DNA of 64,000 nucleotides from Biomphalaria glabrata (Eukaryota): NCBI RefSeq assembly GCF_947242115.1, contig NC_074716.1, positions 24,048,637 to 24,112,636 of the forward strand, read 5' to 3'. Shown piece by piece: positions 62,089 to 64,000 of this stretch (position 1 is its first letter; each line of letters starts with the position of its first letter). The notes under the pieces were generated by a model. It saw only the letters and a program-made list of their open reading frames with translations, ran no database searches and was not told where the DNA came from. The position numbers and the translations under genes were made by a program.

Positions 62089-63124
62089 CATGCTTGACTT
62101 GACATAGGTCTCGGTTCCCAAAGTTATAATTTGAGCGTTAGACCGTTGATCTTTCTTCTCATATAACCGCCTGGTATAATAATACGCTATGTAAAAATCT
62201 AAATGTAGAGGTCTGGTGTGAAAGGTAAGTGACAGCTCAGTAGTATATCATGGAATCCATAGAAAATAGTGCAGAGTTCAACAATAGTCAAAGAAAAATT
62301 AAACTCGTAAGAATGACACAATAATACAACTGAGGGCTAAAAAAAAACCCATTATATACAATCTTAAGCTTATAGAGTCCGGAGCATTGAAATTAAATGG
62401 AATTAGACAAGGCTCTATATCCTATTGTTCCTTTTGGACGAATGTTATTATATACCAGTGGTCGGCAAACTCGTCAACCAAAAGAGTCAAATATTGAAAA
62501 ATGAAAAAATTAAAGTTTATTCAAAGAGCCATTTTTTTTTTAAATTGTATTACTTTCAACGATCAAAACAAGACCTTGGCTTGAATATTCCTGGTCCATG
62601 GATGAATTCAACGGGCCGCCTCTGAGCTTGTTTGATAACACAAACTCTTTTTGTTACCTTGTTTAACTTAAGTTTTGCTTTAGTGGAGACACATTTTGTG
62701 GAAGCAATTATAATTTAAAGTAGACTCTCGAGTTTACCTTTGCTAATTATGTATTAGTTTAACTAACGGAACATTAAATGAAGCTATGAATCACACTGAT
62801 ATAAAGAAAATATTTATTTAAAAATTTAGCAAGTTATAAAGTATCAAATGTTTCCTTAAAAAAAAACACTAAAAATACTCTTTGTAATGTGAACAATGAT
62901 CTTCCATTTCCTAGGAAAGTATAGTCAGGATTTATGTTTTTTAATGTTAGGCACGACTCCAGGTTTAAATCGATAAGCCGATTTCTTAATGGAATCTTCA
63001 TTACTTTTATGCTTGAATATTATTGTTCGCATTAGTATATAGACCCAAATTAGGAATACTATTCCAGGTGTTACAAATTAAAACATACTAGTCGACCGGC
63101 GGCGTAGCATACGCCGCTATGTTG

Positions 63125-63627
63125 CAGGGCCGGCCTTAGGCCACTGCAACCTATGCCACCGCATTGGGCCCCGCACTTTCATAGGACTCGCACTTTCATG
63201 GGACCCGCGCTAATTCTAGGTGTATAAATTATTAAATTAAACCATATTATAACTTAAAACAGATTTCCCGCGCCCTCCTGTCGATTTACCAGGAGCTCCT
63301 GGAAATCTCCCGAAATTACAAAATATACGAAAAAGTCCTTAAAATATACGGAAATATAGAGACGAAAATTGTCATTTTGGGGCGTCATTCAATATGCTAT
63401 TGAGCATGATCTATGTAGGAAACAGAATTATCATATAATGTATAACTTTGCTATACGCAAGGCTCGTAAAGTAATTCTGTACGTAGTAAAGAATGAATAA
63501 AATGCATAGGCGAATTTATTTTCTAATAGAAACTCTTAAATTTCACTTTTTATCCGCTTCCCTACCCAATCTTGGCCCCGCGAAATCCGTTTCGCATAGG
63601 GCCCCACAATGCTTAAGTCCGGCCCTG
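63125..63627. mobile_element. GGGCCGGCC-TIR hAT-type MITE copy (503 bp). Degenerate TSD ctatgttg / ctatttag
   Basis: Termini cagggccggccttaggccactgcaacctatgc ... cgcatagggccccacaatgcttaagtccggccctg. Confidence 0.7.
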
Positions 63628-64000
63628 CTATTTAGTGACGGGTGAATATACATAGTAGATTACTTGTTCTCTTTCCATGACTTCTTGGTCACAATGGTTA
63701 AGTCCGGCGCTGCTATTTAGTGTTTGAAAATGTTTGTTTGTAAAATGTTTTACATGTTTCAGATGTTCCTTCAGAGTTGAAGATAGTTTAATTCTTAGTC
63801 CAAACCTCCCGCAGGACAAAGGGGGTGGGAGAGGGCAGGGTTTGACAGTCCAGCGCGCAGCCATCCGTAGCGACGTGTGAATACCTATTTGTTCTCCCCC
63901 CCCCTCCCTCTTATTTTTCGTGGGGTTACTATCCGCAAAAATCAGAGAGAGAATGATCTTTCCTTTACTTTTTGCTCGTCCAAACTGTTGAGGGAAGAAG

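Overview
This window is eukaryotic (metazoan, probably invertebrate) nuclear DNA, not a prokaryotic locus. It is AT-rich (roughly 35% GC by eye). Introns are spliceosomal, with gtaag-type donors and polypyrimidine-cag acceptors. Many hAT-type DNA transposons and MITEs with 8-bp target-site duplications are present. There are non-LTR retrotransposons: a nearly intact RTE/CR1-like element and L2/CR1-like fragments. A tRNA-derived SINE family occurs in at least eight copies. About 20 minisatellite and microsatellite arrays are present, the largest a 4.4-kb 38-bp-unit array at 24.5-28.9 kb. No rRNA genes, genuine tRNA genes or CRISPR arrays were found. The main biological content is a tandem cluster of five small genes in the first 17.6 kb (four complete, one cut by the window edge). 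Each encodes a signal peptide on a short first exon, followed by a phase-1 intron and then a cysteine-rich mature peptide. The mature peptides are built from 1 to 3 copies of a C-x2-C-x6-C-x3-C module. Several carry dibasic or furin-like cleavage sites and C-terminal Gly or Gly-Lys amidation signals. This looks like a fast-evolving family of secreted neuropeptide-like or toxin-like or defensin-like peptides. I could not assign it to a known family. Other coding content: a 3.65-kb hAT-like element (46262-49912) carries a 494-aa SAP-domain ORF flanked by ~230-bp direct repeats and is not a recognisable transposase. A multi-exon host gene of unknown identity lies on the plus strand at 39.8-42.3 kb. 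A large coiled-coil-like terminal exon lies on the minus strand at 54.9-55.7 kb. Most ORFs in the six-frame track lie inside tandem repeats and are periodicity artefacts. The track also uses alternative start codons.
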